DNA of 18,257 bases from an uncultured Planctomycetaceae bacterium (GTDB lineage: Bacteria > Planctomycetota > Planctomycetia > Pirellulales > Thermoguttaceae), in contig CAYYOX010000050.1 in the NCBI GenBank assembly GCA_964473065.1, forward strand, positions 1 through 18,257. The letters are read 5' to 3'. Both the position numbers and the translations under genes were made by a program. The notes beneath the pieces were generated by a model, which worked only from the letters and a program-made list of their open reading frames with translations, did no database searches and was not told the DNA's origin. Shown one piece after another: positions 5,959-14,707 of the stretch; position 1 is the first letter of the stretch; each line of letters begins with the position of its first letter.

Positions 5959-8367
5959 TCAACCCAATTCGGGCCAAGAAAGATCCAATTTTGCCGTCCG
6001 AAATGCCGTGGATACGTCGATTTGCTGCCGCTGCTGGTCGGACTTCAGGAAATCGGGGATCGCCCGAAGGCAGGCCTCCAGCAGTTCCAGCTCCGAGGCT
6101 GCAAGTGCCTGCAGCTTAGGTCCCGGTTCGATCCGCATGGTGCAGGGATAGGCTTCCGGCGTAGCGACCGGCCAACCGAACTGCTCGGCCGCTTCCAGGT
6201 CGGCCGCGGCGATGGTGAATTCTTCGTCGAACATAAGCGACATGGCCGAGGTCTGTTCGCCGGCCTCTTCGTCGGACAGATTGCCCGAGAGGTGCGAGCG
6301 AAGACACTCCTCATCGAAATAGACAGCCAAGCCCGGGGCCATACCCGATTGACCCATCACGACGACATGCCATGGCCCGCCTTTAAGCTGCTCACTTTCG
6401 ATCCTCAGCCCCGTATCGTCGGGCACGTCTCGCCATGGCGTCCGGCGGTAGAAGTCGGCCGCCGCCTCGTACAGCCCGCCCACGTGCTTCGGCTCAACAT
6501 CGGGAATGTCGACCAAAGCCAGATGAGGCGAGTCGCCTTCGAACTGCGCGCTGAGCGATCTGTAGGCATGGTCCAACATGTCCAGGTCGTTGCTGACCGT
6601 GCATTGCACGCCAACCTCCTCGAGCAACGGCGTGACGATGCGGCGGTGATCTTCCGAACGGACCTCGACCTCTCGCGGACGGTGCGGCTCGCCGGCTAGC
6701 GGCCCGTGCATGGCGTCGGCCAATCGAGCACGGAATTGTTCCGGCGAAGGCGATCCGGGGCTGAGCTCGAACATCAGGACCACATCGTTCGTTCGATCAC
6801 CCACCAGGATCACCCAGGGGCGGCCCGGGGCGTCGTCCATGTCGATCCACGTGGACATTTGATAGGCGTCCATCTGCCAAACTTCATCGAAGGCCTGAGG
6901 CAGTTCGAGCACTTGGCGGATGTCATCCGCCATATTGCCGCTGGACATCCGGTTCGATGCCCGGGGAAGGAATTCGCTGAGGCTCTCTATCGCCCGGTCG
7001 ACGTGTTCCATCGACTTGAGGTACTGGCAAGCGATTTGTACGTTGTCTAGCCGTTTGTTCCACACTTTGACTCGTTTCTTGGTGGCCGTCTGGATCATTT
7101 CCGGCCGTCGCGGCTCGCCGACCAACGGATGCAACATGGCGCCGACCAGTGCCTCGAGGATATCCCCGTCGGTTGGCCGGTCGGGCTGGGTTTCCAAAGC
7201 CACGCCTTCTCCGGACGCGGCGTCGACGACGATCGCGGCCCAAGGAGGCTTCTCTTCGCCTTCCATCATGCAATCGGCCGGCAAGCGGCGGATATCGACC
7301 TGCCAGAGTTCCCGTTCCACCTGCGGCAGCTCGCGCAGCTCGTCAGCGAAGTCGTAGAAGTCGAACGACTCGGGCCCCGGTCCCGGCAACCCCACGCCGG
7401 AGGCAGTCCGCAGCCAGGCGATAGCGCCCGGCGTGGCTCGCCATGAGGGCAGGAACTCGGACGCGTACAACATGGCCTCATCCTCGCCGCCAGGGCTGAA
7501 GTGGCCCGGCAACTCGCGCGGTATGTGGACATCGCCGAGCAAGCATCGCGGAACGTACTCGTTGCCCTTTTGAGCTTCGGCCAGTGCCTTGCGGGCGGAC
7601 TTCGAGTCGCCCTCGCGCCGGAAGGTCAGCAAGACGTTTCCATACATCCAATGCGCCGTGTCGTCTTCTTCGAACTGTTCGAGCAACTGCTCGGCATCCT
7701 TGTGGCAGTTGGTCTCGAGGTAGTATCTAAGCAGAAGCCATCGAACACCCTGGTTATCCATGGGGTTCAGACGCAACATATCCCGGCAGTGTTCGATACT
7801 CTTGTCGCGTTGTCCGTCCGCCCACAGGCACTGGGCCAGTTCGAGCTTGGCTCGCATGTACGGTCGAGTTTCCAGAACACCCCAGAAATGTTCGGCACAA
7901 TCACGGAATGTTTCTTCTCCCAGCGCGCGTTCGCCGGACGCCACGGCCTTTTGCAGTAACTCCTTGACCTCGTCAAAACTTCGGGCCTCTTCGGCCAGGA
8001 GCAAGTAGGCGTCGGTGCAGTCGGGACACACGTCCAGGGCTTTGCGCACCAAGTTTTTCTGCTGTGAAGGCGAGGCATCGAAGGCCTCGTACATGATCTG
8101 CTGAGCCCGCGCTTGCGGCGAATCCTCGTCCCAAACACCGCTCCCCAGCGGGAGCCCCGCCAAGATACCCTCCATGGCCCGACGATCGGGAAACGGCGGC
8201 GGGTTGTCAAACGGAGAATCCTCGAACAAGTCATCACCGAAGACCGGTCCGTCGAAGAAGAACTCCCTCTCATTGGCCTTCTTCGAGGCCTGCTTGCGTT
8301 TCCGCTTCTCGGCCTTCTTGCGTTTGATGGCCGCCGTCTTCTGTTTCCTGGCCTTGTTCTTACTCAT
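5959..8367 (-). CDS. ST7-like TPR-domain protein: polybasic N-terminus, then a C-terminal half made of three tandem copies of an uncharacterised ~115-aa domain
   Basis: Start ATG at complement 8365-8367, with GAGGAG 8 nt upstream. N-terminus MSKNKARKQKTAAIKRKKAEKRKRKQASKK. Segment ALDVCPDCTDAYLLLAEEARSFDEVKELLQKAVASG...NEYVPRCLLGDVHIPRELP resembles the ST7 (PF04184) family, e.g. the CATAYILLAEEEA... pattern. This is recognition from memory and was not searched. Three internal repeats start with W(Q/R)xD...PW..(I/V)(L/V)V.D. The ORF-track extension to 8595 translates as low-complexity junk and is rejected. Confidence 0.7.
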   Translation of the reverse strand: MSKNKARKQKTAAIKRKKAEKRKRKQASKKANEREFFFDGPVFGDDLFEDSPFDNPPPFPDRRAMEGILAGLPLGSGVWDEDSPQARAQQIMYEAFDASPSQQKNLVRKALDVCPDCTDAYLLLAEEARSFDEVKELLQKAVASGERALGEETFRDCAEHFWGVLETRPYMRAKLELAQCLWADGQRDKSIEHCRDMLRLNPMDNQGVRWLLLRYYLETNCHKDAEQLLEQFEEDDTAHWMYGNVLLTFRREGDSKSARKALAEAQKGNEYVPRCLLGDVHIPRELPGHFSPGGEDEAMLYASEFLPSWRATPGAIAWLRTASGVGLPGPGPESFDFYDFADELRELPQVERELWQVDIRRLPADCMMEGEEKPPWAAIVVDAASGEGVALETQPDRPTDGDILEALVGAMLHPLVGEPRRPEMIQTATKKRVKVWNKRLDNVQIACQYLKSMEHVDRAIESLSEFLPRASNRMSSGNMADDIRQVLELPQAFDEVWQMDAYQMSTWIDMDDAPGRPWVILVGDRTNDVVLMFELSPGSPSPEQFRARLADAMHGPLAGEPHRPREVEVRSEDHRRIVTPLLEEVGVQCTVSNDLDMLDHAYRSLSAQFEGDSPHLALVDIPDVEPKHVGGLYEAAADFYRRTPWRDVPDDTGLRIESEQLKGGPWHVVVMGQSGMAPGLAVYFDEECLRSHLSGNLSDEEAGEQTSAMSLMFDEEFTIAAADLEAAEQFGWPVATPEAYPCTMRIEPGPKLQALAASELELLEACLRAIPDFLKSDQQRQQIDVSTAFRTAKLDLSWPELG

Positions 8368-8715
8368 CCCGAAGACTCCTCGTGCCGCACCGTGGGAAAG
8401 AAACCATCGCCAAGTTTGACGCCACGGAAGCCCCTTGTCCAGCCCCGAAAAGGGGGGCAGGCACCGAGCTGCGAAGATTTCCGGCGGGTTTAGCATCCAC
8501 TGATGCTCGGAGCCAGTCCCCTTTTTCCACTCCACACAACCGACTTTGCAGACCTCCTGGCATTCCAACCCGGGGATTTGACATTTGGCGCCCAATCCAC
8601 GATGATGAAGCAGTAGCGGAGAAATACCTCGCTATGGGGGGGAGTTCAAGATTCGCTTTCTCGGAGCGAATTACCTTCAACACAACCACCGAACCAATGT
8701 GGAAGGAGGTGTATC

Positions 8716-9330
8716 GTGGATGCTGTTTTTATGGTCTGCGCCGCCATCGGCTGTACCGTGCTGATCGCGCAATTCGTACTGACGCTGATTGGCCTGGGTG
8801 GCGAAACGTTTGACATCGACATGCCCGGCGACATCGATTTCGATACCGACTTCGACACCGATTTCGGTGGTGTCGACGCAAGTCATGTCGATTCGACGTG
8901 GCTGTTCGGAATGATCTCGTTCCGTACGGTCGTGGCTGCCCTGGCCTTCTTCGGTTTGGCCGGCCTGGGAGCTCAGGCGGCGGGAGCCTCGGTTTTCTCG
9001 CAGTGGCTCGTGGCGGTGGCGGACGGCTTGGCAGCCATGTATGGCGGCTACTTCCTGCTGCAGAGCCTGAAGCATCTTAAATCGGAAGGTACCCCGCGGA
9101 TCGCTCGTACCGTGGGAAAACATGGCACCGTCTATACGACCATTCCGGCCGACGACTCGGCTGCCGGGAAAATTCAGATTAACCTGCAAAACCGGACTAT
9201 GGAATATCTTGCCATGACTTCCGGGCACGCGCTCGCTCCGGGAGCTAAAGTTGTGGTAACAGACGTAATCACCTCGAATACGGTTCAGGTTGAGCCGTTC
9301 TTAGAAACAGAAAGGGATTCCCATGTCTAA
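8716..9330 (+). CDS. NfeD-like / YqiJ-family membrane protein (TM N-terminus, acidic linker, C-terminal OB-fold). Partner of flotillin.
   Basis: GTG start at 8716, with GGAAGGAGG (8701-8709) 6 nt upstream. Hydrophobic N-terminus. DIDFDTDFDTDF acidic tract. Second TM pair. C-terminal beta-rich KHGTVYTTIPADDSAAGKIQINLQNRTMEYLAMTS...VVVTDVITSNTVQVEP typical of the NfeD OB domain. Overlaps the downstream flotillin start by 8 nt. Confidence 0.75.
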   Translation: MDAVFMVCAAIGCTVLIAQFVLTLIGLGGETFDIDMPGDIDFDTDFDTDFGGVDASHVDSTWLFGMISFRTVVAALAFFGLAGLGAQAAGASVFSQWLVAVADGLAAMYGGYFLLQSLKHLKSEGTPRIARTVGKHGTVYTTIPADDSAAGKIQINLQNRTMEYLAMTSGHALAPGAKVVVTDVITSNTVQVEPFLETERDSHV

Positions 9331-10945
9331 CCTATCTCTATTTGCCCAGTTGGGGCCGCTAGGCGACCTTGGTACAATTGCCGCCATTACTGTGGTGATT
9401 GTGCTCGTTGTCCTGTTCAGCTTCGTGATGCTCGTAAAGGCGTTCTACAAACGCTGTCCAAGCAACCGCGTGTTGGTCATTTACGGTAAGACCAGCAAGG
9501 GCGAAGCCGCCACTTGTATGGCCGGAGGAGCCAAGTTCGTCGTGCCGCTGGTCCAGGACTATGCCTGGCTCAGTCTCGAACCGATGCAGATCGAGATCCC
9601 GTTGCGCGGGGCACTGTCGATCGAAAACATTCGCGTGAATGTACCCAGCGTGTTCACCGTAGCCATCGGCACCACGCCGGAACTGATGACCAACGCGGCC
9701 ATCCGCCTGTTGGGGTTGAGCTTCCACGACATCGAGAAGCAGGCCTCGGAAATCATCTTCGGGCAGCTCCGCCAAGTGATCGCCTCGATGCGGATCGAGG
9801 ACATCAACCGCGACCGCGACACGTTCCTTACCCATGTGCAAAACTCGCTCGAACCGGAGCTGTTGAAGATCGGCCTGAAGCTGATCAACGTGAACATTAC
9901 CGACATCACCGACGAGTCGGGCTACATCGAAGCCATCGGGCAGAAGGCGGCCTCTGAGGCCATCCAGAACGCCCGCGGCGACGTGGCCGACAACGAGAAG
10001 ATGGGCGCCATCCGCGTGGCCGACGCCGAGCGGGAAAAGGCCATCGAGGTCGCCGACGCCGAAAAGATCCAGAAGATCGGTACCCGAGAAGCCATGCGGA
10101 CCCAGGCCGTTCGCGTTGCTGACCTCGACAAGGAACAGCAGGTCGGCGAACAGTCGGCCAAGTTCGAGCAAGATGCACAGGTTAAAGAAGCCGAGCGCGA
10201 AATGCGTATCAAGCTGGCCGACGCCGACGCCCGCGCGGTCGAGGGCGAGAACCTCGCCAAGGCCGATATCGCCGCCTCCCAGGCAGAGTTGCAAGTGAAG
10301 CGTGCCGAAGCCTACGAGTTGGGCGAAACCCGCAAGGTTCGTGCCGAGGCCGCCGTACTCGAGGCCGAGCACCATGCCCGAGCCAAGGCCGCCGTGGCCG
10401 AAGCCGAACGGGTCGAGGCCAAGCGGCGTGCCGAGCTAGAAGCTCCGGCCAAGGCCGAGAAAGCCAAGATCATGGTCGAGGCCGAAGCCGAAGCGGCCAA
10501 GCTCCGCATCGAGGCCGAAGGTGAAGCGTCCGCCATCTACGCCAAGCTCGAAGCCGAAGCCCGCGGCCAGTACGAAATCCTGGCCAAGAAGGGTGATGGA
10601 CTCGAACGGATCGTCGAAGCATGCGGCGGCGCCCAGCAAGCCTTCCAGATGTTGATGCTCGAACACTTCGACAATCTGGTCGACGCCTCGGCCAAGGCCA
10701 TCTCGAACATCAAGTTCGACAAGGTGGTCGTCTGGGACACCGGCAACCAGAACGGCACCAGCAGCACGGCCAATTGGCTAACCAACATGGCCCAAACCTT
10801 ACCGCCGATGATGCAAGTCATGAAAGACATCGGCGGAGTGGAAATACCCGAGACGCTCGCCAATCTGGGCAGCATCGGCAAACAGACCGAAACCAACGGC
10901 AAGCAATCCGAACCGGTTACCACTGCGGAAACGCCGAAGGAGTAG
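9323..10945 (+). CDS. Flotillin-family SPFH/band-7 protein (YqiK/FloT-like)
   Basis: N-terminal TM helix. SPFH core VLVIYGKTSKGE...GALSIENIRVNVPSVFTVAIG. Long Ala/Glu/Lys-rich coiled-coil repeats (EAEAEAAKLRIEAEGEA...) characteristic of flotillins. AAGGGA SD upstream. Confidence 0.85.
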   Translation: MSNLSLFAQLGPLGDLGTIAAITVVIVLVVLFSFVMLVKAFYKRCPSNRVLVIYGKTSKGEAATCMAGGAKFVVPLVQDYAWLSLEPMQIEIPLRGALSIENIRVNVPSVFTVAIGTTPELMTNAAIRLLGLSFHDIEKQASEIIFGQLRQVIASMRIEDINRDRDTFLTHVQNSLEPELLKIGLKLINVNITDITDESGYIEAIGQKAASEAIQNARGDVADNEKMGAIRVADAEREKAIEVADAEKIQKIGTREAMRTQAVRVADLDKEQQVGEQSAKFEQDAQVKEAEREMRIKLADADARAVEGENLAKADIAASQAELQVKRAEAYELGETRKVRAEAAVLEAEHHARAKAAVAEAERVEAKRRAELEAPAKAEKAKIMVEAEAEAAKLRIEAEGEASAIYAKLEAEARGQYEILAKKGDGLERIVEACGGAQQAFQMLMLEHFDNLVDASAKAISNIKFDKVVVWDTGNQNGTSSTANWLTNMAQTLPPMMQVMKDIGGVEIPETLANLGSIGKQTETNGKQSEPVTTAETPKE

Positions 10946-10974
10946 TCGCTCCTAATCGCAACAACCAATAACGA

Positions 10975-11005
10975 AGCCCAGGGGTTGCAACCCCTGGGCT
11001 TTTTC
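10975..11005. terminator. Bidirectional rho-independent terminator hairpin between flotillin (+) and rubrerythrin (-)
   Basis: agcccaggggttgcaacccctgggct (10-bp GC-rich stem, loop ttgcaa), followed by ttttt on the plus strand. T-rich run on the minus strand as well. Confidence 0.8.
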
Positions 11006-11027
11006 TATGTAATCACGGCAACGTTCC

Positions 11028-11549
11028 TCAATAGGCCGTCGATTCCGGCTCGAAGTATTCGCTGGGATGCTTGCAGGCGGCACACTTCGCCAGCGGCTTC
11101 GTGCCTTCGTGAATGTAACCGCACACGCTGCACTTCCATCGGATCGCCGTCTCCCGCTCGTAGACGGTGCCGTTCTCCACCATTTCCAGCAGCTTGCGGT
11201 ATCGCTCTTCGTGGTGCTTCTCGATCTTGGCGATCTGCTTGAACAGTCTGGCGGCCTCGGCGTTGCCTTCCTCTTCGGCTTCCTTGGCGAAGGTGGGATA
11301 CATCTGCGTGGTCTCGTAATGCTCTCCCTCGACGGCCTCTTTCAGGTTGGCCTTCGTATCCCCAATCCCGCCCAACAGGGCCAGTTCATCCTTGGCGTGC
11401 CGCATTTCATTGGCGGCAGACTCCTCGAAGACCTTGGCGATATAATGATAGCCTTCCTTTCGAGCGACCTTGGCAAAATACGTATACTTGTTCCTAGCCT
11501 GCGATTCGCCCGCAAAAGCCGCTTGTAGATTATCTTCCGTCTTACCCAT
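11028..11549 (-). CDS. rbr: Rubrerythrin: ferritin-like diiron domain plus a C-terminal rubredoxin-like CxxC...CxxC domain
   Basis: Protein [53 protein letters not shown]...[25 protein letters not shown]. Diiron ExxH motifs and rubredoxin Cys pairs. AAGGAG SD 5 nt upstream of the ATG at complement 11547-11549. Confidence 0.95.
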   Translation of the reverse strand: MGKTEDNLQAAFAGESQARNKYTYFAKVARKEGYHYIAKVFEESAANEMRHAKDELALLGGIGDTKANLKEAVEGEHYETTQMYPTFAKEAEEEGNAEAARLFKQIAKIEKHHEERYRKLLEMVENGTVYERETAIRWKCSVCGYIHEGTKPLAKCAACKHPSEYFEPESTAY

Positions 11550-11661
11550 CTCGTTCTCCTTAGCGTGTTCGTTTGATCCAACTTGAAAAGATCCTCACAG
11601 GATACTATTCGTGCCATCGAGTGTCAACCCGCCGAAGCGCACGAAGCAAGTAGAGCCCACG

Positions 11662-11694
11662 AAGCCCACGGGTTGCAACCCGTGGGCTTTTCTC
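11662..11694 (+). other. Second copy of the GCCCANGGGTTGCAACCCNTGGGC hairpin, with a T-tract, in the divergent rubrerythrin / beta-helix intergenic region. REP-like element or leader attenuator.
   Basis: aagcccacgggttgcaacccgtgggcttttctcc. Relative to the copy at 10975 it carries a compensatory swap in the stem (c-a-G-g-g-g/ccccTg becomes c-a-C-g-g-g/cccGtg) and the same ttgcaa loop. Adjacent partial duplication gcccacgaagcccacggg. Confidence 0.5.
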
Positions 11695-11730
11695 CTAGGC
11701 TGGGTAGTTTCCAATCGGAGGCTATCCCCC

Positions 11731-14433
11731 GTGAGAAACGCTCTATTCGCCGCTGCCCTCTGTCTTGGACACCTCTCGCTCGCCGACGCAGCGGAAACGC
11801 CGTATGTCTTGCACGTCGCTCCCAACGGCAACGACCAATGGTCCGGCACATTGGCCGAGCCGAACGAGACCCAAACCGACGGGCCCCTCGCGACCGTTGC
11901 CCGAGCACGCGATGCGATCCGCCAGCGCGACGAGAGACTCGATAGACCGGTCGTGGTCACCATTCGCGGCGGAACCTACTTCCTCACCGAGCCGCTCATT
12001 TTCACACCCGCCGACTCGGGCACGGCCCAGTGCCCCGTCACCTATCGAGCCTACCCGGGCGAAAAACCGATCCTCAGCGGCGGACGAACCGTCGAGCGTT
12101 TCACGAAAGAGACCGGCAACCTCTGGTCGGTCGAGATCCCCGAGGTCAAAGATGGGCAGTGGTACTTCTACCAACTCTTCGTCAACGGCAAGCGCTGCAC
12201 TCGGGCAAGGATCCCCAACCGCGGATACCTCCGCACCGAACGCACCTTGCACGAGCGGTTCTATTATCAGAACGACGACATCCAACGCTGGACCAACTTC
12301 GAGGACATCAGCGTGGTGTTGATGCACCTTTGGGAAGCGTCGGTCCACTTCGTCGACGAGTTGGACGAACAGAAACGGATGGCCCGACTCAACTCGCGGA
12401 TCCCTTGGGGTGGGTTCTATCCGCCTTGGGAACGGCATCAGCGATACTACGTCACCAATGTGCTCGAAGGCCTCGACGCGCCGGGCGAGTGGTACTTAGA
12501 TCGCAAGTCGGGGCGGCTCTCCTATTACCCTCGCCCGGGCGAAGACATGGCCACGGCTCAAGTGATCGCCTCGCGACTGCCGGTCACGCTAATCGAATTG
12601 CGCGGCGAGCCGGCCCAAAACCAGTTCGTCGAGCACCTGCATTTCGAGGGCCTCTCGTTGCAACATGCCGACGCCGATCTTTCACGCAATGTGATCAACA
12701 GCGGTCAGGCCGCCGCCGGGCAACGGGCCGCCGTCATGGGTATCGGACTGCGCCATTCGAGTTTTCGCCGTTGCGAGATCGCCCACGTCGGCGAACATGC
12801 CATTTGGCTGCGGACCGGCTGCCAGGACAATCAAATCGCCGAGTGTTACCTCCACGACATGGGCGCCGGCGGCGTGCGGATCGGTGAACCGGGCACGGCC
12901 GCCAGCAAGGCCGAAGCGGTCGAGCGAAACACGGTCGACAACAACCTGATCCACCATGGCGCCCGGCTGTTCCATGGGGCGTGCGGCGTCTGCGTGGCGC
13001 GGAGTTCTTACAACCAAATCACGCACAACGACATCAGCGACTTCGGCTGGATCGGGATCGCCGTGGGCTGGCAGTGGGGTTATCAACCGACCACGGCCCA
13101 TCACAATACGATCGATTTCAACCACGTCCACCATATCGGGCACGGCATCATGTCTGACATGGCGGCCATCTACACGCTCGGCATCTCGCCCGGCACGACC
13201 GTCCGCAACAACCTGATCCATGACGTGAAAGCCTATCCGAAATACTACAACAAGGAACTGATCACCGGCGGCGGCTATGCACCGCAAGAGGCCAGCGGCA
13301 TCTATCCCGACGAAGGCACTTCCGAAGTGCTTTTCGAGAACAACGTGGTCTACAACGTCGACGGCCGCTGCTTCGGCATCAACTACTGCCGCGATAACAC
13401 GCTGCGCAACAACATCTTCGCCCAATCGCCGCACGGCCTGGGGCTAAACATCGCCGACGCCGGGCACCTGCAGATCGACGCCCAGCGAAACATCATCTGC
13501 TGCACCACGCCGGAGATCCTGTTCGGCGCCTGGCTGGGCAAGCAGGTCATGGACAACAACCTCTATTGGGTCACGTCCGGCGAACCGCCCGTCTTTTCCG
13601 GCCGCACGCTGGCCCAGTGGCAGGCCGAAGGATACGACCAGCACTCGATCGTGGCCGACCCGGGATTCGTTGACCCGGCCGCGGGCGACTTCCGTTTGCG
13701 GCCCGACTCGCCGGCCTTGAAGCTCGGATTCAAGCCGATCGACATCGACGCGGCCGGGCTCTACGGCAATCCCGAGTGGGTCGCCATGGCCGAGAACCTG
13801 ACACAGCGCGAGGACGACCCCGACCCGCCGCCGCGATGGCCCGAGCCGATCGACGAGGATTTCGAGGACTCGCTCGCGGGCGAATACCCGGTCCGAGCCA
13901 CTCCGATCTGCCGCGGTCTCACCCGAGTTCACATCACCAACGAGACGTCGGCCGGCGACGGGCGTCAGTGCCTGAAGTTCATTGATGCTGGCGGCGTGCC
14001 CGAAACGTTCTGTCCGCACATCAACTACCAGCCGAACTTCAAGACGGGCCCGGTCGCGTTCTCCTGCCAGATCAAGAACCCCAGCGCCGCGCCCGCCACG
14101 ATCCAGATCGAAATGCGCGACTGGCGTCAGCTATCCTACCGCGTCGGTCCCAGCCTAACCCTACGCAAAGACGGCCAACTGCTGGCCGCCGGCCGCGAGT
14201 TGGCCAAAATCCCGCTGGACCAATGGATCACACTACAGATCAACTTCACATTAGGCCAGGGCGCTGAAGAGACCTATAAGCTAACTCTCACCGTCCCCGA
14301 CCAACCCCCAAAGACCTTCACGCTCCCCCACACCACGCCCAATTTCCAAATCCTAACCTGGCTAGGCTTCTCGAGCCTCAATGACGCCAAGGCCACCTTC
14401 TACCTCGACGAAATCCGGCTCGAACAGGAATAG
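11731..14433 (+). CDS. Secreted right-handed parallel beta-helix repeat protein (pectate-lyase-fold), putative polysaccharide-active enzyme, with a C-terminal beta-sandwich region
   Basis: GTG start at 11731, with GGAGG 9 nt upstream. Signal peptide VRNALFAAALCLGHLSLADA. LHVAPNGNDQWSGT...PLATVARARDAI...VTIRGGTYFL is typical of DUF1565 / pectate-lyase-like beta-helix proteins. Repeated NN(L/I)IH.. beta-helix rungs. The ORF-track start at 11611 would place the coding sequence across the hairpin, so it is rejected. Confidence 0.75.
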   Translation: MRNALFAAALCLGHLSLADAAETPYVLHVAPNGNDQWSGTLAEPNETQTDGPLATVARARDAIRQRDERLDRPVVVTIRGGTYFLTEPLIFTPADSGTAQCPVTYRAYPGEKPILSGGRTVERFTKETGNLWSVEIPEVKDGQWYFYQLFVNGKRCTRARIPNRGYLRTERTLHERFYYQNDDIQRWTNFEDISVVLMHLWEASVHFVDELDEQKRMARLNSRIPWGGFYPPWERHQRYYVTNVLEGLDAPGEWYLDRKSGRLSYYPRPGEDMATAQVIASRLPVTLIELRGEPAQNQFVEHLHFEGLSLQHADADLSRNVINSGQAAAGQRAAVMGIGLRHSSFRRCEIAHVGEHAIWLRTGCQDNQIAECYLHDMGAGGVRIGEPGTAASKAEAVERNTVDNNLIHHGARLFHGACGVCVARSSYNQITHNDISDFGWIGIAVGWQWGYQPTTAHHNTIDFNHVHHIGHGIMSDMAAIYTLGISPGTTVRNNLIHDVKAYPKYYNKELITGGGYAPQEASGIYPDEGTSEVLFENNVVYNVDGRCFGINYCRDNTLRNNIFAQSPHGLGLNIADAGHLQIDAQRNIICCTTPEILFGAWLGKQVMDNNLYWVTSGEPPVFSGRTLAQWQAEGYDQHSIVADPGFVDPAAGDFRLRPDSPALKLGFKPIDIDAAGLYGNPEWVAMAENLTQREDDPDPPPRWPEPIDEDFEDSLAGEYPVRATPICRGLTRVHITNETSAGDGRQCLKFIDAGGVPETFCPHINYQPNFKTGPVAFSCQIKNPSAAPATIQIEMRDWRQLSYRVGPSLTLRKDGQLLAAGRELAKIPLDQWITLQINFTLGQGAEETYKLTLTVPDQPPKTFTLPHTTPNFQILTWLGFSSLNDAKATFYLDEIRLEQE

Positions 14434-14544
14434 GTCGAGTATTGGGGCAGGTATATAGGGTCGGATGATCGCAGTTCACCACCGAAAGACAGGAAACCAG
14501 CATACTCGACCCCCCGGGTAGTGGGGGCATTCTTGTCTCGCGGG

Positions 14545-14572
14545 TTGACAGAACCGAGGTTTCCTTTATACT
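14545..14572 (+). promoter_or_regulatory. Sigma70-type promoter TTGACA-N16-TATACT upstream of the PEP-CTERM gene
   Basis: ttgaca at 14545-14550. tatact at 14567-14572. 16-nt spacer. Both hexamers are near the E. coli consensus, which is unusual in this GC-rich context. Confidence 0.5.
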
Positions 14573-14707
14573 AGTGGTTTGGCACGGTAGGAGAGGATGG
14601 TTTCTTCTCGATGTGGTTATTCTCGCTGCAGGCGAACTTGCAGCCAAGTACGAAAGGGCCGCGGCGACTTTTCGCGGAGGGCCCGTTTTTCATGGGGGGT
14701 TGACGAC

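Noticed and set aside
6022-7959. Several 100-225-aa plus-strand ORFs inside the ST7-like gene region
   Set aside because: All are antisense to a long minus-strand ORF with recognisable domain similarity. Compositions are R/G/P-rich and motifless.
12682-14019. Minus-strand ORFs of 250 and 191 aa antisense to the beta-helix gene
   Set aside because: Antisense high-GC artefacts. The plus-strand protein has a signal peptide and beta-helix repeats.
14597-14707. Upstream in-frame ATG at 14597 as start of the PEP-CTERM gene
   Set aside because: It would prepend a 37-aa Arg/Cys-rich extension ahead of an otherwise canonical signal peptide and would lie inside the hairpin-containing leader. ATG 14708 is preferred.
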